A DNA stretch of 64,000 bases from Candidatus Hydrogenedentota bacterium (GCA_045863295.1 BTWA01000014.1:84879-148878), one strand, 5' to 3'. Counted from the first letter of the stretch, positions 38,479 through 47,621 are shown. The notes: generated from the sequence alone by a model not told the origin. Made by a program: numbers and translations.

Positions 38479-38577
38479 CGTGTCCAGAGCCCACATGCCA
38501 GTACTAAAGGGTGCACCCAAAGCATGACCCTTGTCAAGACATAAAACTAAGGGGGGCATTTTGTTACATCTGTGCTG

Positions 38578-39768
38578 TCACTTGTTTCTCTTGGGTAGGT
38601 TTTCGTCTGATGGAGGCAGGGTACTTGCGGCGCGAAGGGAGTTCATTCCATGCTTTCGACGCACCGCATCGACTGTCTTGTACGTTTGCTCTATTCGATC
38701 GTCGTTGCCCGGGTTGAACAGGCTGGTCTGGTGAAGGGGTGATTGCAGGGAACTGAGATTCAACCCTATAAGCCGTACCGGTTTGCGTACCAAAGCGGCT
38801 TTCTTCATCAGTTGGCGCAAGACCCGAAAAATCTCGGAATCCACGCATGTGGTTTCTTTGAGGGTCAACGAATGGGTCTTCGTTTCGAATCCCGCGTATC
38901 TGATTTTAAGGGTTATGGACCGGGTCTCCAACCCTTCCGCGCGCAGGGATGCGCCTGCCTTTTCGGCCAGGCCCAGAACAACCCTCTCCACCTCTTTCCA
39001 GTCGGACAGATCATGAGAAAAAGTGGTTTCCCGGCTGATGGATTTGGGTAGTCCGCCGGGGTTGACTGTTGAGTTGGAAATACCGATCGCCGCCTGTTGG
39101 AGGGTGTATGCGGCATTGCCGACAATTCTTGACAACGGTTCGGGGGGGAAGGCGGCGATGTCACCAATTGTTTTCATGCCTGCGGCCTCCAGTACTACCC
39201 TGGTGCGAGGACCCACTCCAGGCAAATTGTTCATCGGGAGGTCTCGCAAGTATGCCGCTTCAGAACCTTCGGGGATGATGATGCAGCCATCCGGCTTGAC
39301 CTGATTCGCAGCCACTTTGGCCACTAGTTTGTTGGCGGCTACGGCCACAGTGCAAGGGAGGGACAATTCGCGGAGAATGAGGTTCTTGATGTGGCGGGCG
39401 ATCGATTCGTCGCCGCCGAAGAGTTTCAATGAGGCGGTAATGTCGACGTAGGCTTCGTCAATGGAGGCGAATTCTAGGATGGGTGACGTAGTCTCCAATA
39501 TGCGGCGGACCTCCTGCGAGGCCTCGCGATAGCGTTGGTGATTGCCGCGCATGTAGATGCCGTGCGGGCAAAGCCTCCTTGCTTCCGCGAGCGGCATGGC
39601 AGAACGCACGCCAAATTCACGTGCTTCGTAGGAGGCTGTAGATACGACCCCTCGGACGGTGCTTTCGTCGCCCCCGATAATGAGGGGCTTTCCAGCCAGT
39701 GTTGGATCGTGCGCTACTTCGACTGCGGCGAAGAAGGCGTCCATATCGATATGAAGGATTCGAGTCAA
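38578..39768 (-). CDS. dinB: DNA polymerase IV (Y family)
   Basis: ILHIDMDAFFAAVE, RGVVSTASYEAR, SIDEAY, NKLVAK, KPDG, KSISRETTF and VRLIG motifs. Confidence 0.97.
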   Translation of the reverse strand: MTRILHIDMDAFFAAVEVAHDPTLAGKPLIIGGDESTVRGVVSTASYEAREFGVRSAMPLAEARRLCPHGIYMRGNHQRYREASQEVRRILETTSPILEFASIDEAYVDITASLKLFGGDESIARHIKNLILRELSLPCTVAVAANKLVAKVAANQVKPDGCIIIPEGSEAAYLRDLPMNNLPGVGPRTRVVLEAAGMKTIGDIAAFPPEPLSRIVGNAAYTLQQAAIGISNSTVNPGGLPKSISRETTFSHDLSDWKEVERVVLGLAEKAGASLRAEGLETRSITLKIRYAGFETKTHSLTLKETTCVDSEIFRVLRQLMKKAALVRKPVRLIGLNLSSLQSPLHQTSLFNPGNDDRIEQTYKTVDAVRRKHGMNSLRAASTLPPSDENLPKRNK

Positions 39769-39882
39769 GGTTCACCTGAATAAGTTTCCAGATGATTTTA
39801 GAAGGGAGGATCATCTGAGTGCAAACCATCTCGCGACACTGGGTTGCGCCGTGCCGTGGTCACGTGTACTGTGAGGCCTGCC

Positions 39883-40590
39883 ATGTCTATACGAGGGTTT
39901 AGCACCATTGATTCGACGCCTGTTCGAGTCTTCTGCCGTCATTGCGGCGTGGAGACTCTGGTGTTGCCCGGATGCGCCAACCAGGTTTGGCTTTGCGAAG
40001 CGTGTGGCAACGCCATTGTGTTTGAAGTGGCGACTGTGCCCCGACAGAAATTTCCCACGGTTTCTCCGGTAATGCGTTGCCCGGCGGTTGTGGATAACGA
40101 ATTACTTTGCGCACAACGGGAGCGATTGGAATCGAAGTTTGGAACGCTTCTCCGTATTCCGGGTCCAATCGCAGTGCCTAAGATCGTGAGAGTGTATGGG
40201 GTCTTGTATCAAACCTTGGGTTTGCTGACGCTCATTGGATGCATCGCGTATTTTAGTCGCTACAGTGCGGCTGTCGTGTTGGGTGACACGACTTCCAGTC
40301 TGCCTTGGCTTGGCGCCGTTGCGGGGGCCGGGACGGCGGCAAGCCAGTGGATGGTGGGACGCGGATTGATTGCGGGCCGTCGTTGGGCGTATTGGGGCGG
40401 GGTGGTATTTTCTCTTGGGTACGCGGCTTGCCTATGTTGGGTTGGTTCGGTAGTGGGCGGATTGCCGATGTTGTTCTCTTTTGCAGCGGCATTTTCTTTG
40501 ATACCGATCTGGGTATCCTTGTTGCGAAAGCGGCGGAACAAGGTACGGCATGAGCGTTGGGAGCACGGTTTTGTCGCCCGAACCGAATGA
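39883..40590 (+). CDS. hypothetical zinc-ribbon membrane protein
   Basis: CRHC...CEAC at the N-terminus and four C-terminal TM helices; divergent from dinB. Confidence 0.65.
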   Translation: MSIRGFSTIDSTPVRVFCRHCGVETLVLPGCANQVWLCEACGNAIVFEVATVPRQKFPTVSPVMRCPAVVDNELLCAQRERLESKFGTLLRIPGPIAVPKIVRVYGVLYQTLGLLTLIGCIAYFSRYSAAVVLGDTTSSLPWLGAVAGAGTAASQWMVGRGLIAGRRWAYWGGVVFSLGYAACLCWVGSVVGGLPMLFSFAAAFSLIPIWVSLLRKRRNKVRHERWEHGFVARTE

Positions 40591-40606
40591 AGGTCAGCCT
40601 TTGTCC

Positions 40607-40780
40607 ATGGCGCCAGTCGATAGCGAGGCGCTGCGCATCGCACGAAGTTGGATGCATGATCCCGCGATTGCGGAAGCCGTGTGGTTTCGCGACATTAACC
40701 TGGGGGAGGTGCTCGAGTATCATTTGTACCCCGAGATCCTTCGCCGGTGCATCCATCCTTCCCGGGATACAACCCCTTGA
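40607..40780 (+). CDS. small hypothetical protein (or frameshifted N-terminus of the downstream gene)
   Basis: Protein-like sequence AVWFRDINLGEVLEYHLYPEILRR; its TGA overlaps a TTG start of the next gene (TTGA). Alternative start at 40550. Confidence 0.5.
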   Translation: MAPVDSEALRIARSWMHDPAIAEAVWFRDINLGEVLEYHLYPEILRRCIHPSRDTTP

Positions 40781-42564
40781 ACCCCGTTGTGATACTTTCG
40801 ATGGTCCGCGGTGCGGACTCCGTTGCCAAACACTTGCTGGAACGATGCACGTTGGACATTGTGGCGTTTCACGACGCGACCGGACGCGTGCTGCGTGATG
40901 CCTCCATTCCTCATCGTTCGTTTGACGAACTCGCGACGCATGATATGAAGTCTGCCGTTTTGAACGACGCATTGGGCCGCATACAGGCTTTGTCACTATG
41001 GGCGGGTCAGGCCTCGTTCGAGCATTCGAACGCCATTGTGGAATCTTTCGCTCGTCACGCAGCGGAGGCGATGATGGTGATTGCGCTTGCGCGGGAATGG
41101 GCGGCATGGCACGATGTGCGATTGGCGCTTGTAGCGGAAGATTTGACGCGCGACAACAAAGCGTTGGTTCAGGCATTGCGCCGTGCCGGTGTTCCGACAC
41201 TGCATATGTTGCATGGCGTTCCCAATGGCGCCCACGGCGCCCATGCCGCCTTGCATTCGGATCATCTTGCTGTATTCAGCGACAGCGCGCGTGCGCTGTA
41301 TAGAACTTTCGGCGTTCCCTCCGATCGAATTACCGTTACCGGAAATCCGATGTGGGATTTGTATCATCGTCCGCCGCGTCCCCAGGTGAAACGCCGGTTT
41401 TGTTCGGCGCTGAATCTGGATCCAAACCGTCCCATTATCACGTATGCCATGACTGCCGTGCCGCCGCTGAGCGCGCGGTGCATCTCGGCGGAAGATGCGC
41501 CTGATCGATTGGCATGCTTCGTTTTGGATGCATTTCGCGCACTTCATGATTCCTACCCCGAATGGCAGTTCTTATTGCGGCCCCATCCAAGTCAGATGGA
41601 TCGAGTGGCAGCCATATTGGCTGGGTCTGGATGCGAATTTGTACGGTCCGAAAACGAGCCTCCCTACGACGCGGTCGCTTCGGCTGATGTCGTACTTTGC
41701 ACGGAATCGCATTTTGGGGTTGAGGCCATTTTGTTAGGGAAACCAGTAATCAATGTCGTGCCGCCGGATTGCATTGGAGGGATTTACGACGAAGGGGCGG
41801 GCGGGCTCTTTCATCCTGGTGATGCGGTAGCGTATGTTACCGATGCCGCCGCGATCCGCGAGTCCGTGGTCTCAGCGATTATCGATGAGGGTTTTCGCAC
41901 TCGGATGCGCAACGCGCGGTTGCCTACCGCGAAACGAATCAATGGGTTCACGGATGGCCATGCGACGGAGCGGCTTTGCGACCTGGCGTTGGACATCATG
42001 GCAAACGAGCATCGATATACGAGGCCGTTGGATCGCTATCCGTCCATCGAAAAGGCCCTGACACAGATGGTAGCGGCTGCTGCCCGGAAAGTGGCGGTAT
42101 TGGGGAACGCCCGCGAATCGCTGGCCAAACTCGTTCGTATTGAGAGGCCTCATGCACAGGTTGATTCCGTATACGCTTTTGAAGCCGATCACGCCGGTTT
42201 CTTTGATGCCGTGCTGATTTCCGATCCCATCGCGTTCGAGCATAATTCAGAAGAATTGCTGTGCGGGGTACGCGGATTACTTGCACCCAATGGATTGGTT
42301 CATGTTGCCTTTCGGGCGGGATTGGGAGCGACGCACTCCCGGTTAATGAAACAGAATCGAATCCTTCCGCCTCGGCGCGGTTACGATTCGATCAGCGCCG
42401 GGCATGGTTTTACCTGGACGGGTGTGGAAGACCTGATGGCGCGGTCAGGTTATTGCGTGAAGCATGCTGCCAATTTGCGGCAAGCACACGGGCAAGACGA
42501 CATTGACGGTTGGATTGTTACCGCAGGGATTGTGGAGCCCATCGTGGCACCCGTACCGCAATGA
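40777..42564 (+). CDS. GT-B-fold surface-carbohydrate biosynthesis protein (CDP-glycerol glycerophosphotransferase/capsule-like) with degenerate C-terminal methyltransferase-like domain
   Basis: PTLHMLHG, ITVTGNPMWD, LRPHP and ESHFGVEAILLGKPVI motifs; C-terminal FFDAVL...LLAPNG...FT...SGY methyltransferase-like pattern. Start uncertain (40747-40801). Confidence 0.75.
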   Translation: MNPVVILSMVRGADSVAKHLLERCTLDIVAFHDATGRVLRDASIPHRSFDELATHDMKSAVLNDALGRIQALSLWAGQASFEHSNAIVESFARHAAEAMMVIALAREWAAWHDVRLALVAEDLTRDNKALVQALRRAGVPTLHMLHGVPNGAHGAHAALHSDHLAVFSDSARALYRTFGVPSDRITVTGNPMWDLYHRPPRPQVKRRFCSALNLDPNRPIITYAMTAVPPLSARCISAEDAPDRLACFVLDAFRALHDSYPEWQFLLRPHPSQMDRVAAILAGSGCEFVRSENEPPYDAVASADVVLCTESHFGVEAILLGKPVINVVPPDCIGGIYDEGAGGLFHPGDAVAYVTDAAAIRESVVSAIIDEGFRTRMRNARLPTAKRINGFTDGHATERLCDLALDIMANEHRYTRPLDRYPSIEKALTQMVAAAARKVAVLGNARESLAKLVRIERPHAQVDSVYAFEADHAGFFDAVLISDPIAFEHNSEELLCGVRGLLAPNGLVHVAFRAGLGATHSRLMKQNRILPPRRGYDSISAGHGFTWTGVEDLMARSGYCVKHAANLRQAHGQDDIDGWIVTAGIVEPIVAPVPQ

Positions 42565-42574
42565 TCCCTCGGCC

Positions 42575-43351
42575 CTACAAACCCAGATTGTCCATCACTT
42601 GATTCTGTTGATCGTTGGAGTGCGTGCGAATGTCTCCGACGCCTTGTCGAGCACGGGTTCCCGCTCCAGTGGCGCCGGCGTTGCTCATGCCGTTCAGTTC
42701 CTGCTGGATGCCTATGCCGGTCATCGTTTCACCCATCAATCCGCCACCACCGACGCCTGAGCTCCTGGGTGCGTTGGCCTGACCACCGTGAGGCATGGGT
42801 TGCGCCAATTGTTGCGGATTGGGATGGAATACCGTCGCCGTTCGGGGATCGTAAATAAAATCCAAACCGCCGGACGTTTTAGGCACGTCCTTCAGATAGG
42901 CCGGTACAAGTGATTGAAGGGTGGGGGGGTAGTAGCCGCCGGTCTGTTGCCAGTACTGTGTGACCGCGGCTTGTAGCCGCTGCAATTTTTGCATGTCGGT
43001 TTCGCCAGACTGCATCGGTGCTGCCGTGTCCAAAAGTTGTCCCGTCGCCGGATCATAGCCGTAGGGCGTGCCATCGGGCTTGACGGGAACGCGTGCGAGG
43101 TAGTCCGGAATCATGGCCTCAAGGGAGGGGGGATTCTTGCCGTGTTCCGCACGATAGGCCTGAATTCCGCTGTTGAATTCTAACTCGGCCGTTGTGCCGC
43201 GGGCGGTATCGAGTTGCCGCTTTAGCATGCCGGCCTGTTCGGCCTGGAGCGTGCCTTGTATGGCGGTGGCACCCATCATTTCGAGAAAACAACCGCTTCC
43301 GGCCAACGCGCACGCGGCGACGAATAGAGTAACGAAAGCAGCGCGACTCAT
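42575..43351 (-). CDS. lipoprotein with two tandem GspG/pseudopilin-head-like motifs
   Basis: AAGGAGG RBS; signal ending LAGSGC; two copies of Y....G..PP.L..(M/L).P.YL..VP....G....YDP.T. Confidence 0.75.
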   Translation of the reverse strand: MSRAAFVTLFVAACALAGSGCFLEMMGATAIQGTLQAEQAGMLKRQLDTARGTTAELEFNSGIQAYRAEHGKNPPSLEAMIPDYLARVPVKPDGTPYGYDPATGQLLDTAAPMQSGETDMQKLQRLQAAVTQYWQQTGGYYPPTLQSLVPAYLKDVPKTSGGLDFIYDPRTATVFHPNPQQLAQPMPHGGQANAPRSSGVGGGGLMGETMTGIGIQQELNGMSNAGATGAGTRARQGVGDIRTHSNDQQNQVMDNLGL

Positions 43352-43376
43352 GAGACAAGCCTCCTTTGTCTCCCTC

Positions 43377-43385
43377 AGTATACCA
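43377..43385 (-). promoter_or_regulatory. extended -10 promoter (TGGTATACT) for the 43351 gene
   Basis: TGn-TATACT about 25 nt upstream of the ATG, just downstream of the amtB terminator. Confidence 0.5.
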
Positions 43386-43479
43386 CGGAAGCGTCGATCC
43401 CAAGTCAACTGAATTCGTGGGATACCTTGTTGTGCTAAGCCCATGTAAACACATTGTTTGGAACGGGAATCACGGTGCG

Positions 43480-43519
43480 AAGAAGAAGGCCGGCGGATAC
43501 CGCGAGGTATCCGCCGGCC
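43480..43519 (-). terminator. rho-independent terminator of glnK-amtB
   Basis: Perfect 14-bp stem GGCCGGCGGATACC / GGTATCCGCCGGCC followed on the minus strand by TTCTTCTT. Confidence 0.85.
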
Positions 43520-43542
43520 GGAGCAACGTGAACTGACGACAA

Positions 43543-44898
43543 TTACAGACTGTAGCCGTCTTCTCCGTGGAGGGCGATATCCAAGCCCTCGGTTTCCTGT
43601 TGTTCGTCGACACGTAGTCCAATGACGAGGTCAATGGCCTTCAAGATAATCAGACTAGCGACGCCGCTGTAGACCAAGGTGATGACCGCGCTGATGGTTT
43701 GGGTGGTGACTTGACCTACCACATTTTCGACTGTGCCAAAGCCGCCAAACGCGGGAGCAGCAAAAACACCGGTGAGCACGCAACCGACGATGCCGCCGAT
43801 GCCGTGGACGCCGAAAGCATCGAGCGAGTCGTCGTATCCCAACGCCTTCTTCAACGTGGTTGCGCCAAGGAAGCACAAGATTCCGGATGCCGCGCCAATC
43901 GCAAGTGCGCCCATGGGGCCGACCGTGCCGGAGGCGGGGGTAATGGCTACTAGACCCGCGACCGCGCCGGTCACAATGCCCAGCACGCTGGGCTTGCCGT
44001 GCTTCATCCATTCAATGAGCATCCAGACGACAGCTGCGGTAGCGGTAGCGATTTGAGTCACGAGCATGGCCATGCCTGCGTTTTGATCGGCGGCCGCGGC
44101 GCTGCCCGCGTTGAATCCAAACCAGCCGACCCACAGCATGGCTGCACCGACGACGGTCAGGGTCAAGCTGTGCGGTGTCATGGGGGTGGTGGGATAGCCT
44201 TTACGTTTGCCGATCAGGATGCATGACACCAGGGCTGCCGCGCCCGCGTTGATGTGCACGACCGTGCCGCCCGCGAAGTCGAGTACGCCCATGTCTACGA
44301 AAATGCCGCCCGGTCCCGACCATGCCATGTGACATATGGGTAGGTACACCACGGTGAACCAGATAATCGAAAAGACCATCATGGCGGAAAACTTCATGCG
44401 TTCGGCGAATGCGCCCGCGATTAGGGCGGGTGTAATGATCGCAAATGTCAATTGAAAGGTGACAAATACGGAGGTTGGAATCGTAAGAAACAAGGAGTCC
44501 TTGGTAACACCCGAAAGGAAGAAAATATCGGTACCGCCGATGAAGGAATTCAGATTCCTTACATTTGCTTCCATTCCCTCAGTCGAGAACGCGAGACTAT
44601 ACCCGTATATTGTCCACAGGATGGTAATGACGCCGGTCAAGGCGAAGCATTGCATGAGGACAGACAGAACGTTCTTTCTGCGAACAAGACCGCCGTAGAA
44701 TAGCGCCAGTCCGGGAATGGTCATGAACAATACGAGAGCCGTGGACGTAAGCATCCACGCCGTGTTGCCGGAATCCGGCGGTGTAGGTGCGGCTGCTTCC
44801 TCTTGGGCAAATGCCAATCCAGACATACAGATGCTCACCGCCGCAAATGCCGCTGCGCGCAACGCGTTTATGCGGCTATCCTTCAATAAAGCGCTCAT
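43543..44898 (-). CDS. amtB: ammonium transporter
   Basis: AWMLTSTALVLFMTIPGLALFYGG, FQLTFAIITPAL, AERMKF, DFAGGTVVH, GWFGFNAGS and DDSLDAFGVHG motifs. Confidence 0.98.
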   Translation of the reverse strand: MSALLKDSRINALRAAAFAAVSICMSGLAFAQEEAAAPTPPDSGNTAWMLTSTALVLFMTIPGLALFYGGLVRRKNVLSVLMQCFALTGVITILWTIYGYSLAFSTEGMEANVRNLNSFIGGTDIFFLSGVTKDSLFLTIPTSVFVTFQLTFAIITPALIAGAFAERMKFSAMMVFSIIWFTVVYLPICHMAWSGPGGIFVDMGVLDFAGGTVVHINAGAAALVSCILIGKRKGYPTTPMTPHSLTLTVVGAAMLWVGWFGFNAGSAAAADQNAGMAMLVTQIATATAAVVWMLIEWMKHGKPSVLGIVTGAVAGLVAITPASGTVGPMGALAIGAASGILCFLGATTLKKALGYDDSLDAFGVHGIGGIVGCVLTGVFAAPAFGGFGTVENVVGQVTTQTISAVITLVYSGVASLIILKAIDLVIGLRVDEQQETEGLDIALHGEDGYSL

Positions 44899-45006
44899 CC
44901 CTCTCTTCCCTTCCAGTAAGGTCCCGGTGACTTCGTTTTGGTTACGATGACTGTCCGGAACGTCCAACAGGTGGAACCATTTCCACCCGCCGCGTTTTTC
45001 CGTGAA

Positions 45007-45531
<525 letters not shown>

Positions 45532-45926
45532 TTATTTGTTTTATGTGACACATCATATTATTGGATACAAAACGGTATCGGTGCTGGGATCTTCAAGAAG
45601 GCATCATGTCGTACCTGAAGGTAGCCTTGAAAGTAGTCATAGTTACGTTTTTGTAGGAATGTAGGGGCTAATTTGACTGGGGGCGGCATAAGTAGAAGTA
45701 GTTGGTGAAGTCAGTGGGCCGAATCTGTTCCTTTCTCAATCATTCGGGTGGGGTGGGGGTATGGCTACACCGAGCAGTTAGTGTATCCGGTTCTTACCAT
45801 CCTGTAGGCAAGCCCAATAGTGCTAAAAGTTGGACGTTTTCGTTGTGGGTTTACTGAAGACTTGACACCGATTGTGGTTAGGGCAATTTGGGATCGAAAA
45901 TCTATGGGATTTATGGAAATTAACTA

Positions 45927-45955
45927 TTGACAGAGGTCTTCCTTAAACGTATACT
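45927..45955 (+). promoter_or_regulatory. near-consensus sigma70 promoter
   Basis: TTGACA(45927-32)-N17-TATACT(45950-55) with AT-rich upstream DNA. Confidence 0.85.
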
Positions 45956-46187
45956 TCTCTTAGTGTAAAAGGGAATGCGAGGCCGCAATATATTGTGGGA
46001 TCGCGGATGGCGCCGCCGCAGATCGGCGCACAAGACGAACTTGACTGGCGCGTTCCGCCGCTATTGGCGATGCGCGGGATACCGGTACTGAAGCACCTGT
46101 GCCGGTGACCCAGGGGCCATGCGCCGGGTTGGCCGGAGGCAGGTCCAGGCTTGTGTATCCTTTGGGATAACAGGCATGGAGTTAGGC

Positions 46188-47621
46188 ATGAAAACAATAC
46201 ACGATGTACAGCGGTTGTGCGAGTCGTGGTGGAAGCGCTTTGAAGATTCGGCGCGCAACGATTACCACCGCTGTGTTGACGAATTTCTGAAACTACTGGA
46301 TTGGCCAAACGCGCACTCGCTTGAGCCCGTGGCGTTGCCCGGCGCACCGTCTTCCATTTCGTTCGTGGTGCGGTCGCAGAATTGTTCGGCGGTGCTGGCC
46401 ACGTTTGCCATGCCTGGCAACTTGGAACCGCCGGGATCGTTGGTAAAGCGTAACCTTGATTTTTCACCGGCAACGCGTCAAGTGGTCGATCGGGCTCGAT
46501 TGTTCGGCGCGCCGTACGCGTTTGTAACTGACTTGTGCCGTTTCTATCTCTACGATGCACGAACGGACGAGTTATTGATATTTGCGGATTCCCCACAAGG
46601 GTTTGTGTACGAGTTTGGCGATGTGTTGACGCGCATGTCGCTTGAAGCGGGCGGGTTAGACGAGGTGCGCCGCCAGCCGCGCAGTTTTGCGGCGCGTCAA
46701 TTGCGCGAATGGGCGCAACGTTGGCATGAACTGTTTACCGTGGAATGGCGTGTTTCGGAAGAGACCGCATGGCTGGCTATCGATCGTCTTTTTGTGCTCC
46801 GGTATTTCATGGACCACGATATTCTCAGCCGGCCCGGTTGGAATATGCGCCATCGCTTTGAAGATGTGATGGATGCGGTCACGGGCCAGACCCAGGCTAA
46901 TGCTGGCCGTGTGCTGTCGATGTTTTTTGAGTCTGTATACCGCCAATGGCAAATTGGCCTGTTTCAACCGGATCCGCAAGTGGAGGCGCTGATGGAGCAG
47001 GAGTCCATCGCAGCGCCGTTGTTGCTCGAATTGGGATTGCTTTCGCGATCCAAGTTTACCATTCCGACGATTCTGGAGAGCTTCAATTTTGGCGATGCGG
47101 CGGAAAAAGCGCGGGTAAGGATGATTCCGGAGGAGAATGAAGAGCGCCGCTTATACCTTTCAAGTCAGAGCATACCCTCAATTGATCAGGCCAAGCTGCA
47201 GTTGGATCTCGCGGACGAAGGATACCGGGCGATTCCGTTCTGGATGGACCGCCTATTGGAAGTGTATGACCGGTTGTCCATGAGTTTTGAAGCTGCCGGC
47301 TATCCCGGCCATTCCCGGAACAAAGACATGGACTTGTTCGATTGGTCTGCCATGGCGGCCTCTCGTCCCAGCGCGCTTACCGATCGATTTGAGCATGCGG
47401 TGGAGCACGCGTTGGTGCTCTACTGCGCGAGTCCACGCCAATTCCGTACAGCCCGGTTGATGATGTACCTGCACTTAATCGACTACTACGAAAACGGCCG
47501 GGTAAAATTCAATCGCTTTCCGAGGGTGGAGAAGGCGCTATGCGCCCGTCCGGCCATGACTGAAGCCGACCGGCGCCGCATTTATTCGCCTCAGCGGGGG
47601 GAAGTGTGGGAAGTCATGTAA
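46188..47621 (+). CDS. hypothetical protein resembling a catalytically eroded, truncated Type IIG restriction-modification enzyme
   Basis: 477-aa intact ORF with GGAG RBS; FVTDLCRFYLYD, IDRLFVLRYFMDHDI, QWQIGLF and other blocks colinear with the Type IIG N-terminal half; no PD-(D/E)xK, DPACGSG or NPPY motif. Confidence 0.65.
   Translation: MKTIHDVQRLCESWWKRFEDSARNDYHRCVDEFLKLLDWPNAHSLEPVALPGAPSSISFVVRSQNCSAVLATFAMPGNLEPPGSLVKRNLDFSPATRQVVDRARLFGAPYAFVTDLCRFYLYDARTDELLIFADSPQGFVYEFGDVLTRMSLEAGGLDEVRRQPRSFAARQLREWAQRWHELFTVEWRVSEETAWLAIDRLFVLRYFMDHDILSRPGWNMRHRFEDVMDAVTGQTQANAGRVLSMFFESVYRQWQIGLFQPDPQVEALMEQESIAAPLLLELGLLSRSKFTIPTILESFNFGDAAEKARVRMIPEENEERRLYLSSQSIPSIDQAKLQLDLADEGYRAIPFWMDRLLEVYDRLSMSFEAAGYPGHSRNKDMDLFDWSAMAASRPSALTDRFEHAVEHALVLYCASPRQFRTARLMMYLHLIDYYENGRVKFNRFPRVEKALCARPAMTEADRRRIYSPQRGEVWEVM

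Noticed and set aside
45862..45890. Second TTGACA upstream of the 45927 promoter
   Set aside because: No acceptable -10 hexamer at 16-18 nt.
45943..46596. 217-aa minus-strand ORF
   Set aside because: Low-complexity shadow overlapping the plus-strand promoter, leader and gene.
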